From positions 1 through 64,000 of the IMG/VR virus record IMGVR_UViG_3300035670_000022: 64,000 nt of DNA; one strand, given 5' to 3'. The notes beneath the pieces were generated by a model. The model searched no databases, was not told where the DNA came from, and saw nothing but the letters and a program-made list of their open reading frames with translations. Positions 26,139 through 36,239 of the stretch are shown in pieces. The translations under genes were made by a program, and so were the position numbers. Origin of the DNA: a virus. Numbering within the stretch: the first letter of the stretch is position 1; the number at the start of each line of letters is the position of its first letter.

Positions 26139-27249
26139 ACTTTAACGCTTTAGTTCGGTCGCTTATAGACTTGTTGTCTACAATGCGTTTACCGTACAGA
26201 GTAGAAAGATAGGAAAGCAGACTTAGCTGCCCGTAGTTCTGTAGGAACTGGTTGATTTTCTCTATGGCAAATAGCTGGTCTTCGGTTGGGGCTCCTTTAA
26301 TCGAGACAAGAATATCTTCAATAAACTGTGTAGCAAGGTTTAAAGGAGACGTATAAGACTGTATCGCCTTGATACTATCCATTAGGTTATAGAAGTCCAC
26401 CTCTTTTTCTAAACACTCCCAGATATGGAGTCGTTGGGTCGGGGAAGCCATCTGTAGAATATGTCCAGCAATATCTGGCAGCATACTCTCGTCTTCTTGT
26501 TTGATTCGCTCTAAATAGGCCAGCCCTAATCCAAGAGAGTTACGAGACGCTTTAGAAACCAGATCTATGGTCTCTTGGGGGGCGTCTGGATACTTGTTAG
26601 TTAGATAGTTGCTGATCTGCTCGACGGTAAACGGTAGAAACTGAATAGGACAGCCCCGGCGAATCAATGCGATTAGATCCTGCACATTGATCTTGTCTTC
26701 CCGCATACTGATAAAGACGAAGCAGACGTTGTTGTTTGGTGCTTCAACCTCTGACTTTAATAAAACCTGTTGACGGATAGCGGGACCAAACGCCTGAAAC
26801 TCATCGAAGACAATCCAGAGGACATCACGATCAGGTCTTCCAGTATGGGTATGTCCAGCCGCAGCCTGAGCTAACGCTTCATTAACCTGAGACTGGTCTG
26901 TCCCTTGTTCCCGACGCCCTGGCTGTAACCAGATGGTATCGCCATAGGCTCTTCCTCCCAGTCGTTCATCTTCAGTGCGGGTGCAATTCAAGCAGACACC
27001 ACATGGCTCATATTCTCCCTGTTTACGTCCTAGACAGCGGAAGGAGCGCATCAGCAGTCGCACAAATGCTGTCTTACCCACACCGCTGGGTCCGCTGATA
27101 TAGATTGATCGGGGCAGCCCCTTGTCTTCATCTAACCCATTAATAATGAACTTTTTTGCAAGGTTTACCGCTGCCTCTTGCCCGTAATACTCGTCCCAGC
27201 GCATGGGGTTAGATAGATAAGCAATATTTTTCATGGTTAATTGACTCAA
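26128..27249 (-). CDS. dnaX: DnaX (gamma/tau)-like clamp-loader AAA+ ATPase
   Basis: P.RWDEYYGQ, GPSGVGKT, C..EPCGVCLNC zinc module and Walker B VFDE. Confidence 0.85.
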   Translation of the reverse strand: MSQLTMKNIAYLSNPMRWDEYYGQEAAVNLAKKFIINGLDEDKGLPRSIYISGPSGVGKTAFVRLLMRSFRCLGRKQGEYEPCGVCLNCTRTEDERLGGRAYGDTIWLQPGRREQGTDQSQVNEALAQAAAGHTHTGRPDRDVLWIVFDEFQAFGPAIRQQVLLKSEVEAPNNNVCFVFISMREDKINVQDLIALIRRGCPIQFLPFTVEQISNYLTNKYPDAPQETIDLVSKASRNSLGLGLAYLERIKQEDESMLPDIAGHILQMASPTQRLHIWECLEKEVDFYNLMDSIKAIQSYTSPLNLATQFIEDILVSIKGAPTEDQLFAIEKINQFLQNYGQLSLLSYLSTLYGKRIVDNKSISDRTKALKYAI

Positions 27250-27261
27250 TTAACCTTGGGC

Positions 27262-27462
27262 TTAATAGTGAATCTTAACTGTTTGACCCAAGGTGTTTAC
27301 TCTAATTTCTGGAGGCTCGTCGCCTTCGGTTGTATTTGTTCTTTCACTCTTCTCTGTTTTCAGTATCTCTTCCAGGGCCTCCTTAGGGTCTTGTGGGTCT
27401 AGTCCTGGGATTTGGTAGTTCAGAGTTTGTTTAACAAACTCTGTTAGGATAGGGTCTGCCAT
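27262..27462 (-). CDS. Small hypothetical protein
   Basis: 66 aa in operon; contains a motif A variant at 27345-27358. Confidence 0.6.
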   Translation of the reverse strand: MADPILTEFVKQTLNYQIPGLDPQDPKEALEEILKTEKSERTNTTEGDEPPEIRVNTLGQTVKIHY

Positions 27463-27468
27463 TAGAAG

Positions 27469-27753
27469 TTAAACGCAAAGGGTCTCCATCAGGTTACCGT
27501 AGCGTTCCATCGTATCGCTGCATTTACCGTAGAGATCGAGCAGTTTCTCTTCGTTATTGAAGCCAAAAGTCTCCAGTAGTTGCTGTACCCATAGGGCGAA
27601 AATAGTTTCGTCCCAGTCAAATTCTTGAGACTCTAAAATACCTTCATGGATGCAATAGCCCGCTTCTTGGGGAAGACCTAGGGCCACTGCTTCTTGACCG
27701 CACATTAAAATGCAACGATCCGAAAAGTTTTTGACAAGGGTGTGATTAATCAT
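27469..27753 (-). CDS. Hypothetical protein
   Basis: 94 aa in operon. Confidence 0.6.
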   Translation of the reverse strand: MINHTLVKNFSDRCILMCGQEAVALGLPQEAGYCIHEGILESQEFDWDETIFALWVQQLLETFGFNNEEKLLDLYGKCSDTMERYGNLMETLCV

Positions 27754-27759
27754 TAGCTG

Positions 27760-29424
27760 TTAATGAAACATAAGGGATAGGGCGTCGGACGGCGTCAGAT
27801 CAGATTCTGTCTCTTCTGCTTCGAAGTCGACTTCGTAGTCTAGCATCAGCTTTGAGCAACGAATCTTTTCTAATGCCAGTTTAGTCTGGTATTCGTCAAT
27901 CATCCCAGTCTGATACAGATAATGTAGTTTGACTTCTGGATAGGTATTACCTGAGCGAACCACACGGCTGATAGACTGTTGGATCTTGATAGAGCTCCAG
28001 GGCAGACAATAGTAAATAACGTCACTTGCTTTCGTTAAGTCAATAGACTGTCCCGCCAGAGTGATAGAGAAGACTCCTGCTTTGATATTGGGATTGTATT
28101 GAAATTCTGTAACTGCTTCAATACGCTGTTCCATGTTCATCTCTGGGGGCTCGGCATTGGGGTCTTTTGAGTAGAGACGAATCGTCTCAACTTTCAAGGT
28201 ATTTCTTAGATGGTGCGTACATAACCAGGCAGAAGCGACTCGATCACAGAAGATAACCACTTTACCTTCAGCCCTTTGGACAAGGTCTAATAGATACTTG
28301 ATTTTAGGGGTAGGTCTAGTGCCGTCGCCTGGAAAGTTAGCGATTTTGATAAGCGGGTTAATTAGCTGAAGAGCCTCTGCTTGCTGCTGTTTTGTAATAC
28401 CGTCTGATACTCGTCGTAGTTGTTCTAAATGGGAGGCGACGTAGAGGTCATAGATATCTTTTTGTTCTTGATCTGGTTCAACAGCGTGCATTACGTGTTC
28501 TGCTTCGGGAAGCGTCATGCAGCGCCTGATTTGCGGCTCATCTATACGAACACGGTGGATAAACCGCCGCATCATATGATAGTAATCCGCCATCTTAGCT
28601 GGCTCAAGTCGTTGCAGATACTTCTCTGGGGCATCTTCCTTTTGGATATAGCTCGTAGATATCCGCTGCTTGCTGCCGAAGTCTTTACTAAAAGACTGAG
28701 CAGAACGGTATAGCCAGTTGTCGCCATATACAAAAGTAAGAATGCTGTGTAGTTCTTTAAGGTTCCCTTCGGAGGGTGTGCCTGTAAGGGCTAAGCACCG
28801 CCGACTCTTCTCTCTTATCTTCTTTAGGTGTGCTGTGCGGGCTGTATTAGATCGTAACCCATGAACTTCGTCTACCACAAGTAGAGTTGGTTTGAGTTTC
28901 CGAAGACGTTTAGACAGAGTCGTCTTCGAAGAATACTTTCTTCCGGATGCCCGCCTTTTGGGAAAGTCTTGAGAGTAAATGATGATTGGACATTGGGTCT
29001 TCTCTAAGTCAGCTAGGGAGTTTACAACTTGGTATAGTCCTTTGAACATCGAGATCTTAGAGAAGTCTTCTAGCCACCGCTCGGCGGCTAACAGGTTCAA
29101 CACAACAATGTGGATGCTACCCTTTCGTAATTGCTGTAGTCGCTCTTTGTATAGTCCTAGAATTGTCACAATGGTAGAAGTGGTTTTTCCTACCGACATT
29201 GACCAACCCATGATATTAAATCGGCGGCAGCACATTACCGCTGCATATTGATATTGATAGGGTCTATCGTCTGCATGGGGGTTTTCTTTCAGAAAAGAGT
29301 TAAATCCGTCTTTGGTTCGCTCTAGAAAGAACGAGTATGCTGACAGCCCCGCAAGTTGATTTACTTCTAGGGGGAGAAATGCGTCGAGCTCCTCTGCGGT
29401 AGAGAGGACAATCTTGTTAGTCAT
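27760..29424 (-). CDS. SNF2-family helicase/ATPase
   Basis: MSVGKT, VVDEVH, LTGTP, KVVIFC, GQSIDL and QSISRVVRSG. Confidence 0.9.
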   Translation of the reverse strand: MTNKIVLSTAEELDAFLPLEVNQLAGLSAYSFFLERTKDGFNSFLKENPHADDRPYQYQYAAVMCCRRFNIMGWSMSVGKTTSTIVTILGLYKERLQQLRKGSIHIVVLNLLAAERWLEDFSKISMFKGLYQVVNSLADLEKTQCPIIIYSQDFPKRRASGRKYSSKTTLSKRLRKLKPTLLVVDEVHGLRSNTARTAHLKKIREKSRRCLALTGTPSEGNLKELHSILTFVYGDNWLYRSAQSFSKDFGSKQRISTSYIQKEDAPEKYLQRLEPAKMADYYHMMRRFIHRVRIDEPQIRRCMTLPEAEHVMHAVEPDQEQKDIYDLYVASHLEQLRRVSDGITKQQQAEALQLINPLIKIANFPGDGTRPTPKIKYLLDLVQRAEGKVVIFCDRVASAWLCTHHLRNTLKVETIRLYSKDPNAEPPEMNMEQRIEAVTEFQYNPNIKAGVFSITLAGQSIDLTKASDVIYYCLPWSSIKIQQSISRVVRSGNTYPEVKLHYLYQTGMIDEYQTKLALEKIRCSKLMLDYEVDFEAEETESDLTPSDALSLMFH

Positions 29425-30205
29425 GAATATAATCTGCTAGAAGGCGTAGGTCTTTGATGAATTTATCAATAGGTGAACCGGGCAGCGGCGGGTAAAGCCA
29501 GTCTGTGGTAGATATATAGGTTCCTTTACTCGTTTGTTTAACAGCAGTCTCTATGCGCGGTTCGCTTCGGGCTGCTATGGCTGGGTTGAAGGAAAAGACA
29601 AACGGTCGACCATTGATTATATGAACCTTACGGCGACTACCTATAACTCCCTGAGCATCAAGCTGGGCGCTGGTTGATTTATATAGGTGCTTTATTGCTC
29701 GAAAGGCGTGAGTACCTACAACGAGTGTTGGAGCCTGGGGGCAGTGTAGGTCTAATAATTGAAACTCAGAGGTTAACCACTTATTCGTACAGGGTTTAAT
29801 GTGAGCTCCTTCTATAACACTGACTTTGTTTGGAGAACATTTAACAGCATTAGTTATCCAACAGTCTGTATATGTATCTAAGCCGTACATAAGGTGAAGT
29901 GCCCGTCGTAGGAAGTTACCTGCGTTTCTAGGTTGAACCTTACCCCGATAGACTTCCGGGCGGTCTCGAAATTTATCTACCATGGGATACCCTTCTTTGA
30001 CTTCGTAAGCACCCGGATAATCAGAAATAACAATCAGCTTTACCTTTGATAGATCTTCAGGACCATTCCCGTGGACACACCACTGCGGCGATTCTTCTCT
30101 AGCTATAGCCCGTACGTTATGTTCACGCCGCAGGTCCCCTAGGCTACAGGCAGCGCAATCTAAGTCACTTTCTATAATTGGGTGCGTTTTACAGGGGTAG
30201 GTCAT
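29417..30205 (-). CDS. Uracil-DNA glycosylase family-4-like protein (SPO1 polymerase N-domain-like)
   Basis: CAACSL, ISDYPG, TNAVKC.P, KPC and FNPA. Confidence 0.8.
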   Translation of the reverse strand: MTYPCKTHPIIESDLDCAACSLGDLRREHNVRAIAREESPQWCVHGNGPEDLSKVKLIVISDYPGAYEVKEGYPMVDKFRDRPEVYRGKVQPRNAGNFLRRALHLMYGLDTYTDCWITNAVKCSPNKVSVIEGAHIKPCTNKWLTSEFQLLDLHCPQAPTLVVGTHAFRAIKHLYKSTSAQLDAQGVIGSRRKVHIINGRPFVFSFNPAIAARSEPRIETAVKQTSKGTYISTTDWLYPPLPGSPIDKFIKDLRLLADYIHD

Positions 30206-30413
30206 GCTCGTCCTCGTTAAAATCTAACGGTTCTAGAACCAATCTTGGCTTTACGCCTTTAATAACAGGTCGTACAATTTGTACAACTTTGTAGACAGTG
30301 CCATTGCGTCTTAGAAGATCTCCTTCGCTAGTAACCCACTGTCGTGTATGGGACTGTAAATAGGAGGGGTACTCCAGACAGTAGCGGTTCTTATCTGTTG
30401 CTTTATTAGGCAT
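30189..30413 (-). CDS. Small hypothetical protein
   Basis: 74 aa, overlapping both neighbours. Confidence 0.6.
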   Translation of the reverse strand: MPNKATDKNRYCLEYPSYLQSHTRQWVTSEGDLLRRNGTVYKVVQIVRPVIKGVKPRLVLEPLDFNEDEHDLPL

Positions 30414-31731
30414 CGTCTTCCTCTTTATCCACAGATTTTTCTAGAGAATTACACATCAACATGATGCGGCAGTCGGCGTAGGTAGGGCTCTCAATAAAGA
30501 GAACTACCACTTCTCGCTTAACAACCTTAACGCTCACTAACTTCAACTCAACGATGTTAGGTTCGAAGTCTTCTGAGTCTTGGATCTTAGCAGAGATAAA
30601 CTTCTCGATTGTGGTTAACGACTGGGCTAATAACTCGTGCTTAACTACCACAGGTATCCAATCTCCTACACCCTCTAGCCCCCATACCGATACCAGAGAG
30701 CGCTCCTTTTTAGTATTGTCTTGACGCTTCGAGATGATCAGTTTATTCTTCTGCATCTCTAAAAGTATGTCTGGAGTCTGGTCCGGTCGGGGCGTTTGTA
30801 GGTCTACAAAGCCTCGTATAGTGCTGGTGATAAAGTGCCGGGTGCAAAGTTCGGTGTAACCCTGACGATTAATCCCGTAAAAATAACACAGGGCACCAAT
30901 GCTTAGGGCTGTACAACTGTATGTGGGGACAACAGGCATATCTATGTAACCTTCACAGCCGACAAACTTCACGCGATTGGGTTCTTCAGTGTTGTCCAAT
31001 AGGACTTGAATCATGCTGTTATCTTTGCCATAGACATCGGCGACTTTGTTTAAGTGTCTTCCTCGAATGGCTATGGTGAATGGATTTTGGAAGAAGCAGT
31101 CTACTTCTGTGACAATCATGTTGCTACCGTTTAGGGCACCTCCTTTTTCAGCGGAGATAATAGCGACCATGTTGTCTTCAAAGCGAAGTAGAACAGGAGC
31201 GCTTTCCTTTTCAGACACGTTTTTGTTTAGGTCGGATTGGTCTTGGTTAAGTCTGGCAGCCCGACGGAAAGCCCACCCATCAACAATTTGTGCTGCTAAC
31301 TGCCACTCTGTGGTTGGGGGGTTAAAGTCAGATATGTCACCTGCATAGACGGAGACTTCAGTGATTCCTTCATCGCTCGACTTTGTGTCTCCAGCTGCCA
31401 AGGAACGAAATCTAGCCTTTTGTCTTTTAGTGGTTGATAAGATAAGAGAGAAGTCATTAAAAAAGTCTAGAGTCCCTAGTGCGCAAACCTGATCACCCTT
31501 CAGGAGATATTCTGTGTCGATGACTCCAGTGCTAGGGCACCGCCGACTTAGCCAAATGTCTCCTTTACCGTAAGCAGTAGCAACTGCTTCTTCTGCTGTT
31601 ACTTGCTTAAAGTGAACGAAGGTGCGTGGAGAGCCCGCGGGCAATCCTTTTACGTCTTGTGTATTTAACGCTACCCACTTGATTGCTTCGACCAGTTCGG
31701 AGCCTTGTTGGAAATATATTTCGTTGTTCAT
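30406..31731 (-). CDS. Possible divergent beta-sliding-clamp-like protein
   Basis: 441 aa with alternating helix/strand pattern and DnaN-like N-terminus; next to polA and near dnaX. Confidence 0.4.
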   Translation of the reverse strand: MNNEIYFQQGSELVEAIKWVALNTQDVKGLPAGSPRTFVHFKQVTAEEAVATAYGKGDIWLSRRCPSTGVIDTEYLLKGDQVCALGTLDFFNDFSLILSTTKRQKARFRSLAAGDTKSSDEGITEVSVYAGDISDFNPPTTEWQLAAQIVDGWAFRRAARLNQDQSDLNKNVSEKESAPVLLRFEDNMVAIISAEKGGALNGSNMIVTEVDCFFQNPFTIAIRGRHLNKVADVYGKDNSMIQVLLDNTEEPNRVKFVGCEGYIDMPVVPTYSCTALSIGALCYFYGINRQGYTELCTRHFITSTIRGFVDLQTPRPDQTPDILLEMQKNKLIISKRQDNTKKERSLVSVWGLEGVGDWIPVVVKHELLAQSLTTIEKFISAKIQDSEDFEPNIVELKLVSVKVVKREVVVLFIESPTYADCRIMLMCNSLEKSVDKEEDDA

Positions 31732-31734
31732 ATT

Positions 31735-32643
31735 TTAGTGTGACCAATAAGGAGCAATATCAATACCGGCTCGACCCTTAACTTTGGAGCCAAACGTTTT
31801 ATATACCTCTGTCTCGACTTGGCACATGATTTGGCTAGCTTGTTCTAAAATGTTCATCGTTTCTGGTTGTGTCTGCCATACCAGCTTAGTCCAGCAGCCG
31901 TCTTTGTTCTTTTTACTCTTCTCTGTGTTAATTTCTAAAGATCCAGGCAGTTCTATCAAAATTTCGTCGTGAATGACACCCACAATAAAGATGTTAGTGT
32001 CTTTAAACGTCTTACGAATGCGGATAGCAGCGTCTTTAGTAATAGAAGAAGCCAATCCTTGTACAGCGTGGTTCACTGCGCTTCTAGCTGGAGACTCTCC
32101 GGACCCTTTTGCATTTGACTCATCTACGTAGCGCCAAGCACCGTAATAGGGAGTGATAGCATATCCTCTAGCAGCCGCGATGTTACCAAAGTTTTGAGCC
32201 CAGCCGTGGAAGTTAGCGTAGGTTTTTTTGTGGTTTTCGACCCAGCCTTTGGCGACCTCTTCTTTGACGTAGTTGTTCTGGGAGATGGCAAGAGCGGTTG
32301 CCATAAAAATGATAGAGAAGTTTAACCCCTTCGCAAGTTTTCTATCACCACTGTTATCCGCTAACTCTCGCCACTGGTCTTCAGGTACGTCTTTATATCG
32401 TTCTGGATTGATACAATATACGGCACTTAAAGTGTGCATATCTGAGTATGGGTTGACATACTTTGTGCCATCAGGGCGAGTTAGGGTACTTTTCACCAGA
32501 AACACTTCTGACATAGATTTGTCAGCAGATATGACAGAAGCAATCTGCGCTTCTTGGTTAGAGAAGTCTAGACTCGCAAGAATTTTACCCTTAGGTGCTA
32601 CAAGTCCCATCCTCGGGCTTGCTAGCATTTTGATGTATCCCAC
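31735..32643 (-). CDS. polA: Family A DNA polymerase, C-terminal (palm/fingers) half
   Basis: Motif A LDFSNQE, motif B RKLAKGLNF, NHAVQG, motif C IHDE; GTG start preceded by AAGGAG. Confidence 0.9.
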   Translation of the reverse strand: MGYIKMLASPRMGLVAPKGKILASLDFSNQEAQIASVISADKSMSEVFLVKSTLTRPDGTKYVNPYSDMHTLSAVYCINPERYKDVPEDQWRELADNSGDRKLAKGLNFSIIFMATALAISQNNYVKEEVAKGWVENHKKTYANFHGWAQNFGNIAAARGYAITPYYGAWRYVDESNAKGSGESPARSAVNHAVQGLASSITKDAAIRIRKTFKDTNIFIVGVIHDEILIELPGSLEINTEKSKKNKDGCWTKLVWQTQPETMNILEQASQIMCQVETEVYKTFGSKVKGRAGIDIAPYWSH

Positions 32644-32851
32644 GATTTAGCTCCTTTAGTCCTTTTTTTGTTAGTCGATAAGGCGCGCGTCCAACTATGC
32701 AGTCCTTGCGTCTCAGACTTTCTAGTAGAGCCACGGTCTTTTCATGGGAAAAGCCGCAGTCTACAGGAAAGCCTAGTTCTTTATCCTGGGGAAAGGCGCT
32801 AAGAACGAGATACTCTTCTTCACTTAGAGTGCTGAATCCGTATCCTTTCAA
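32591..32851 (-). CDS. Small winged-helix-like protein inserted between the polA halves
   Basis: TTG start overlaps the upstream TGA and is preceded by GGAGGT; LESLRRKDCI..YRLTKKGLKEL is a wHTH-like pattern. Confidence 0.6.
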   Translation of the reverse strand: MKGYGFSTLSEEEYLVLSAFPQDKELGFPVDCGFSHEKTVALLESLRRKDCIVGRAPYRLTKKGLKELNRGIHQNASKPEDGTCST

Positions 32852-34257
32852 AGCAGCACCTCCACACAAGTTGGATGCCAAGCATCCTCTTCTTTAATCT
32901 CTATCTCAACCGTGCTCCGTCCTGTGACCTGTTGAAGGTTCGGGCGCTGGCAGCTTGACCGCGAAGTAGCGGCTCCAATAGTCGTTAGAGAGTAATGAAT
33001 ACGACCAGTGACTGGATTGATATACTTCAGCAGATTCATTCCTTCTTGCTTGGTGTATTTTTTAAAGTCAACGATTTTAGCAATGATAGGAGATATCTCT
33101 TTAAGTCTTCCCATCTCAAACATCTCTAATTCGGAAAACAGGTCTTGTTCGTCTTCGTTAATCAGGATCTCTCCTAGACGTTCTTTACCAACGATGTTTC
33201 CTTCTTTATCTTCGCTTTGGTCTACGAAGAGTCTATCAATGATGTCTAGCAGTCGAGTTAGAGTCGCTTTCTGGGTGTTGTCAATTTGTTTCAGTTTAAG
33301 AGCGCGATTAACCGCTTCTAGGAGACCAGAGCTGCTTCTTAGCTTCTTTAGAGTATCAGGCGTAGGGACTAACTCTCCTGTCCAGTCTAAAATCGGCTCT
33401 TCAATCCCTAAGTCTATACAGAGTTCTGCGCCGAGTTGTTTAACTCGTTGGGATACTTCTTGTTGATAAGCCTCTAGCATCGGTTTAGAAACGCCGATGC
33501 CGCGATACTCTATCTCAGCGGCGACGACTACATACTGCAATTCTATCTCTAACAACCTTTCTGCCCCTAGCCCCCATTCTGCTTCGTTATTATTTGAACC
33601 TAGTAATGGGCTGTTAGGGAGCGGATTAGTAATGGCTGGGCGGAGAATGTTCTCTAAAGGGAACAGGTACTTTACGTCATTAGCGGCGTAGGTTACCTTC
33701 TCTGCCCACCACTCATTGTCTAGATTGCGGTGGCTTACAGGCAGATACCAGGTACTCTCCCTTAAGTCTTTTTTACCGCTAATGTGAACATTAAGATGTT
33801 CACGGCATAGGTCTGCGTAGGCATGCCCTGTAAACTGTGCCGCTTTCGACCCAGTCGCATTGCCTAACATCTTGCTATAAATCATCGTGTCTCGAATGTT
33901 CTCTGGCATAAAGCCGAAGGTTGATTGTAAAAACTTTAAATCATACCTGGCATTGTGCCAGAGAGTGTACTCGATGTTTAATAGCAGCTGCTTTAGCGGT
34001 TCAAAGTCAACTTGGTGCTCTTCGAGCCACAGAATGTCTAGCACATAGGGGATTGTCTTTTTTCCTTTTAGAATCAGAAGACTGATCTTAGCTGTGTGGG
34101 GGTCTAGAGCAGACCCCCCTTTACCCTCCCATTCAGGAAGACAATAAGTTTCGGTATCAGCAGCTAGGCAGGTTGACTGCCCTAAGACTCGCAGACAATC
34201 AAGATACTGTTGAGGTGTTGTTACATACTCAAACTTCAGTTTTTGATTAGTCGTCAT
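32848..34257 (-). CDS. polA: Family A DNA polymerase, N-terminal half (3'-5' exonuclease plus thumb)
   Basis: ExoI DTET, ExoII HNARYD, ExoIII YAAND, then GRIH..GAATSRSSC..PNLQ. Confidence 0.9.
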   Translation of the reverse strand: MTTNQKLKFEYVTTPQQYLDCLRVLGQSTCLAADTETYCLPEWEGKGGSALDPHTAKISLLILKGKKTIPYVLDILWLEEHQVDFEPLKQLLLNIEYTLWHNARYDLKFLQSTFGFMPENIRDTMIYSKMLGNATGSKAAQFTGHAYADLCREHLNVHISGKKDLRESTWYLPVSHRNLDNEWWAEKVTYAANDVKYLFPLENILRPAITNPLPNSPLLGSNNNEAEWGLGAERLLEIELQYVVVAAEIEYRGIGVSKPMLEAYQQEVSQRVKQLGAELCIDLGIEEPILDWTGELVPTPDTLKKLRSSSGLLEAVNRALKLKQIDNTQKATLTRLLDIIDRLFVDQSEDKEGNIVGKERLGEILINEDEQDLFSELEMFEMGRLKEISPIIAKIVDFKKYTKQEGMNLLKYINPVTGRIHYSLTTIGAATSRSSCQRPNLQQVTGRSTVEIEIKEEDAWHPTCVEVLL

Positions 34258-35290
34258 ACAAACTTGCTGCCTCCTCTTCTTCTTCTTTGTCTACGGTTTC
34301 GGCGCTATCTTTACCTAATTTGATACTTTCTAAGACTTGTTGATACAAGTACTCAAACAACGCAGCTTCTTCATTTAGATGCGCGGCGGACTTATCTAGG
34401 GTTCTTGGTAAAGCAGGTTCTATTTGTAGTGCCTCTGCCACTTCGGCTGCCAGCGTAAGATAGCCTCCAGCTTTCTGATGAATCAGACCCAGTTGAATAC
34501 AAGCATCTAAGAGAGACCGTCCGCGATCAACTTCTCTGTTATTTAGAATCAGAGAGGTTTTTTTAAGCGGGGTATAAGTCTTATTCTTGGATGTGATGAT
34601 GTTCTGCGTAATGCACTCTGGATTGTTCTTGTCTTTTTTAGCGCCGGTGACGTGTACAGAAATAGACTGCATAAACTTCAGAGCCGAACCACCTGGGTGG
34701 CTAGGAAGAGAATACATATCTTTAGAGGGGCGTTGTTGATTGATAAAGATGAGAACGCCTTCACACTGCTCTAATGTGATAATGATTTTTGACTGAAGTC
34801 TTTCTAACAGCCCGGCGATGCTAGAGACGTCTCTGTACGTAGAGTCTTTTAGCATTTCGTCTAGGACTTTCTTCGGGCGTAAATAGGGGACTGAATCAAT
34901 AACAGCAATTTCTGCACCTTCCATTAAGGCATCTAGGGCGGTGTCGATTGCATCTTCGCCTCCAACTGGACGATAGAAAACCAGTCGGTCTTTGTCTATT
35001 TGGTGGACATCTAGATCCTCTTGGGTGATAGTCATCTCCGCATCTACGTATAGATAATTTCCTTCTGGATTACGAAGTTGACGTCCTTTAATGATAGATA
35101 GACTTAGAGCTGACTTTCCTGTGGACTCAGGCCCCCAGATTTGCATAACTCGTCCAATGGGCAAACCGCCCCCTAGAATACTGTCTAATCCTGCGATACC
35201 TGTCGGTAGACGCTCTAAATACCCCAATTCAGCGCCAGAGACTAGACCTCTTTTACAGCGTTTCAGTAGACGTTTTTTGAATTCGCTCAT
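34247..35290 (-). CDS. recA: RecA/UvsX recombinase
   Basis: PTGIAGLDSILGGGLP.GR, GPESTGKS, VIDSV, FINQ and GGSALKF. Confidence 0.95.
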   Translation of the reverse strand: MSEFKKRLLKRCKRGLVSGAELGYLERLPTGIAGLDSILGGGLPIGRVMQIWGPESTGKSALSLSIIKGRQLRNPEGNYLYVDAEMTITQEDLDVHQIDKDRLVFYRPVGGEDAIDTALDALMEGAEIAVIDSVPYLRPKKVLDEMLKDSTYRDVSSIAGLLERLQSKIIITLEQCEGVLIFINQQRPSKDMYSLPSHPGGSALKFMQSISVHVTGAKKDKNNPECITQNIITSKNKTYTPLKKTSLILNNREVDRGRSLLDACIQLGLIHQKAGGYLTLAAEVAEALQIEPALPRTLDKSAAHLNEEAALFEYLYQQVLESIKLGKDSAETVDKEEEEEAASLYDD

Positions 35291-35780
35291 TTTTGTGTAG
35301 TGAAATTTTTAATCTGGCTAGTATGTCTGTGAATGTTCCTTCTTCAAGCATATAGACGGTTTGTCGTGTGCCTAAAGGGGTCTCTATCTCTATAGCGTAG
35401 ACGTCTATACCTTGTTTCTTACCTTTGGTTAGTTCTTCCCAAGTCAGGTTCCAGCTCTTTCTGCTGCCCCGACGTTTAACCTCTACTCGTAGATCTTCTA
35501 ACACGCATAGATCTCCGTCTCCCAGAGCGGCGCCGCTTCTTAATGTCTGTTTTGCGATTTGCCTCTCTACTGTTTTTTCTGTTTGTTTAGCTTGTCGCTG
35601 AAGACGCCGATTGGTTCTAACTCTGTCCTCACAGGGATGGGTAGCCAAGTGTTGCTCTTCGTTTATAGGGTCATAGTGTAACGTCTTTGCCCTAGGAACC
35701 ATAGCTTTGCACCGTCTACAACGGATCATAGCATGGGAACAATTATTGTAAAACTCATCGGGACAGGATGCTAACGACAT
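35253..35780 (-). CDS. PD-(D/E)XK nuclease, Hjc-like, with Cys-rich N-terminus
   Basis: E...RSGA..GDGD...VEVK. Confidence 0.6.
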   Translation of the reverse strand: MSLASCPDEFYNNCSHAMIRCRRCKAMVPRAKTLHYDPINEEQHLATHPCEDRVRTNRRLQRQAKQTEKTVERQIAKQTLRSGAALGDGDLCVLEDLRVEVKRRGSRKSWNLTWEELTKGKKQGIDVYAIEIETPLGTRQTVYMLEEGTFTDILARLKISLHKNERIQKTSTETL

Positions 35781-35810
35781 TAGACTTGGTTTAGAATTTG
35801 GAGTTTGTAA

Positions 35811-36239
35811 ATGACTTACACTGTTGTAGCTTCATCTCGGATTTATAGCTCCGATGATATCAATACGCAAAGAACAGACTTTAAGCTACCGTTGACGGAG
35901 TTTAGAGACGTTAGGACTGTTCAGCTGCCTAACGTTTTAAACTTTAACCTCGAAGAGAATACTACGTTTACGGTGGACTTGACGCAACACGGAACCTATC
36001 TGCGGATTCTAGCTTTGAAGTCCACTCGTCCAGTCGGATTGGAGTTGGTAACTGCTCAGGCTACCTACACTTATCCACCTATGACGTATTTTCAACAACT
36101 TTATGACAGTCCAGAACCTATGAGTGTCTCTCCTACTGCTTTGAACATTATTGTTCCGGCAGCGGCGACTGCTTCCATAAGTCCAGCCCCACCGAGATAC
36201 CCTAGGGCGCTGGTGGAGCTGTTTGTCTTTGCGGAGTAG
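35811..36239 (+). CDS. Hypothetical, possibly virion protein
   Basis: 142 aa, beta-rich, lone plus-strand gene in this block. Confidence 0.65.
   Translation: MTYTVVASSRIYSSDDINTQRTDFKLPLTEFRDVRTVQLPNVLNFNLEENTTFTVDLTQHGTYLRILALKSTRPVGLELVTAQATYTYPPMTYFQQLYDSPEPMSVSPTALNIIVPAAATASISPAPPRYPRALVELFVFAE

Noticed and set aside
32591-32920. Group I intron or split intein in polA
   Set aside because: No recognisable P/Q/R/S core and no C-terminal HN or intein blocks; both downstream ORFs have their own SD and start. Not fully excluded without RT-PCR.
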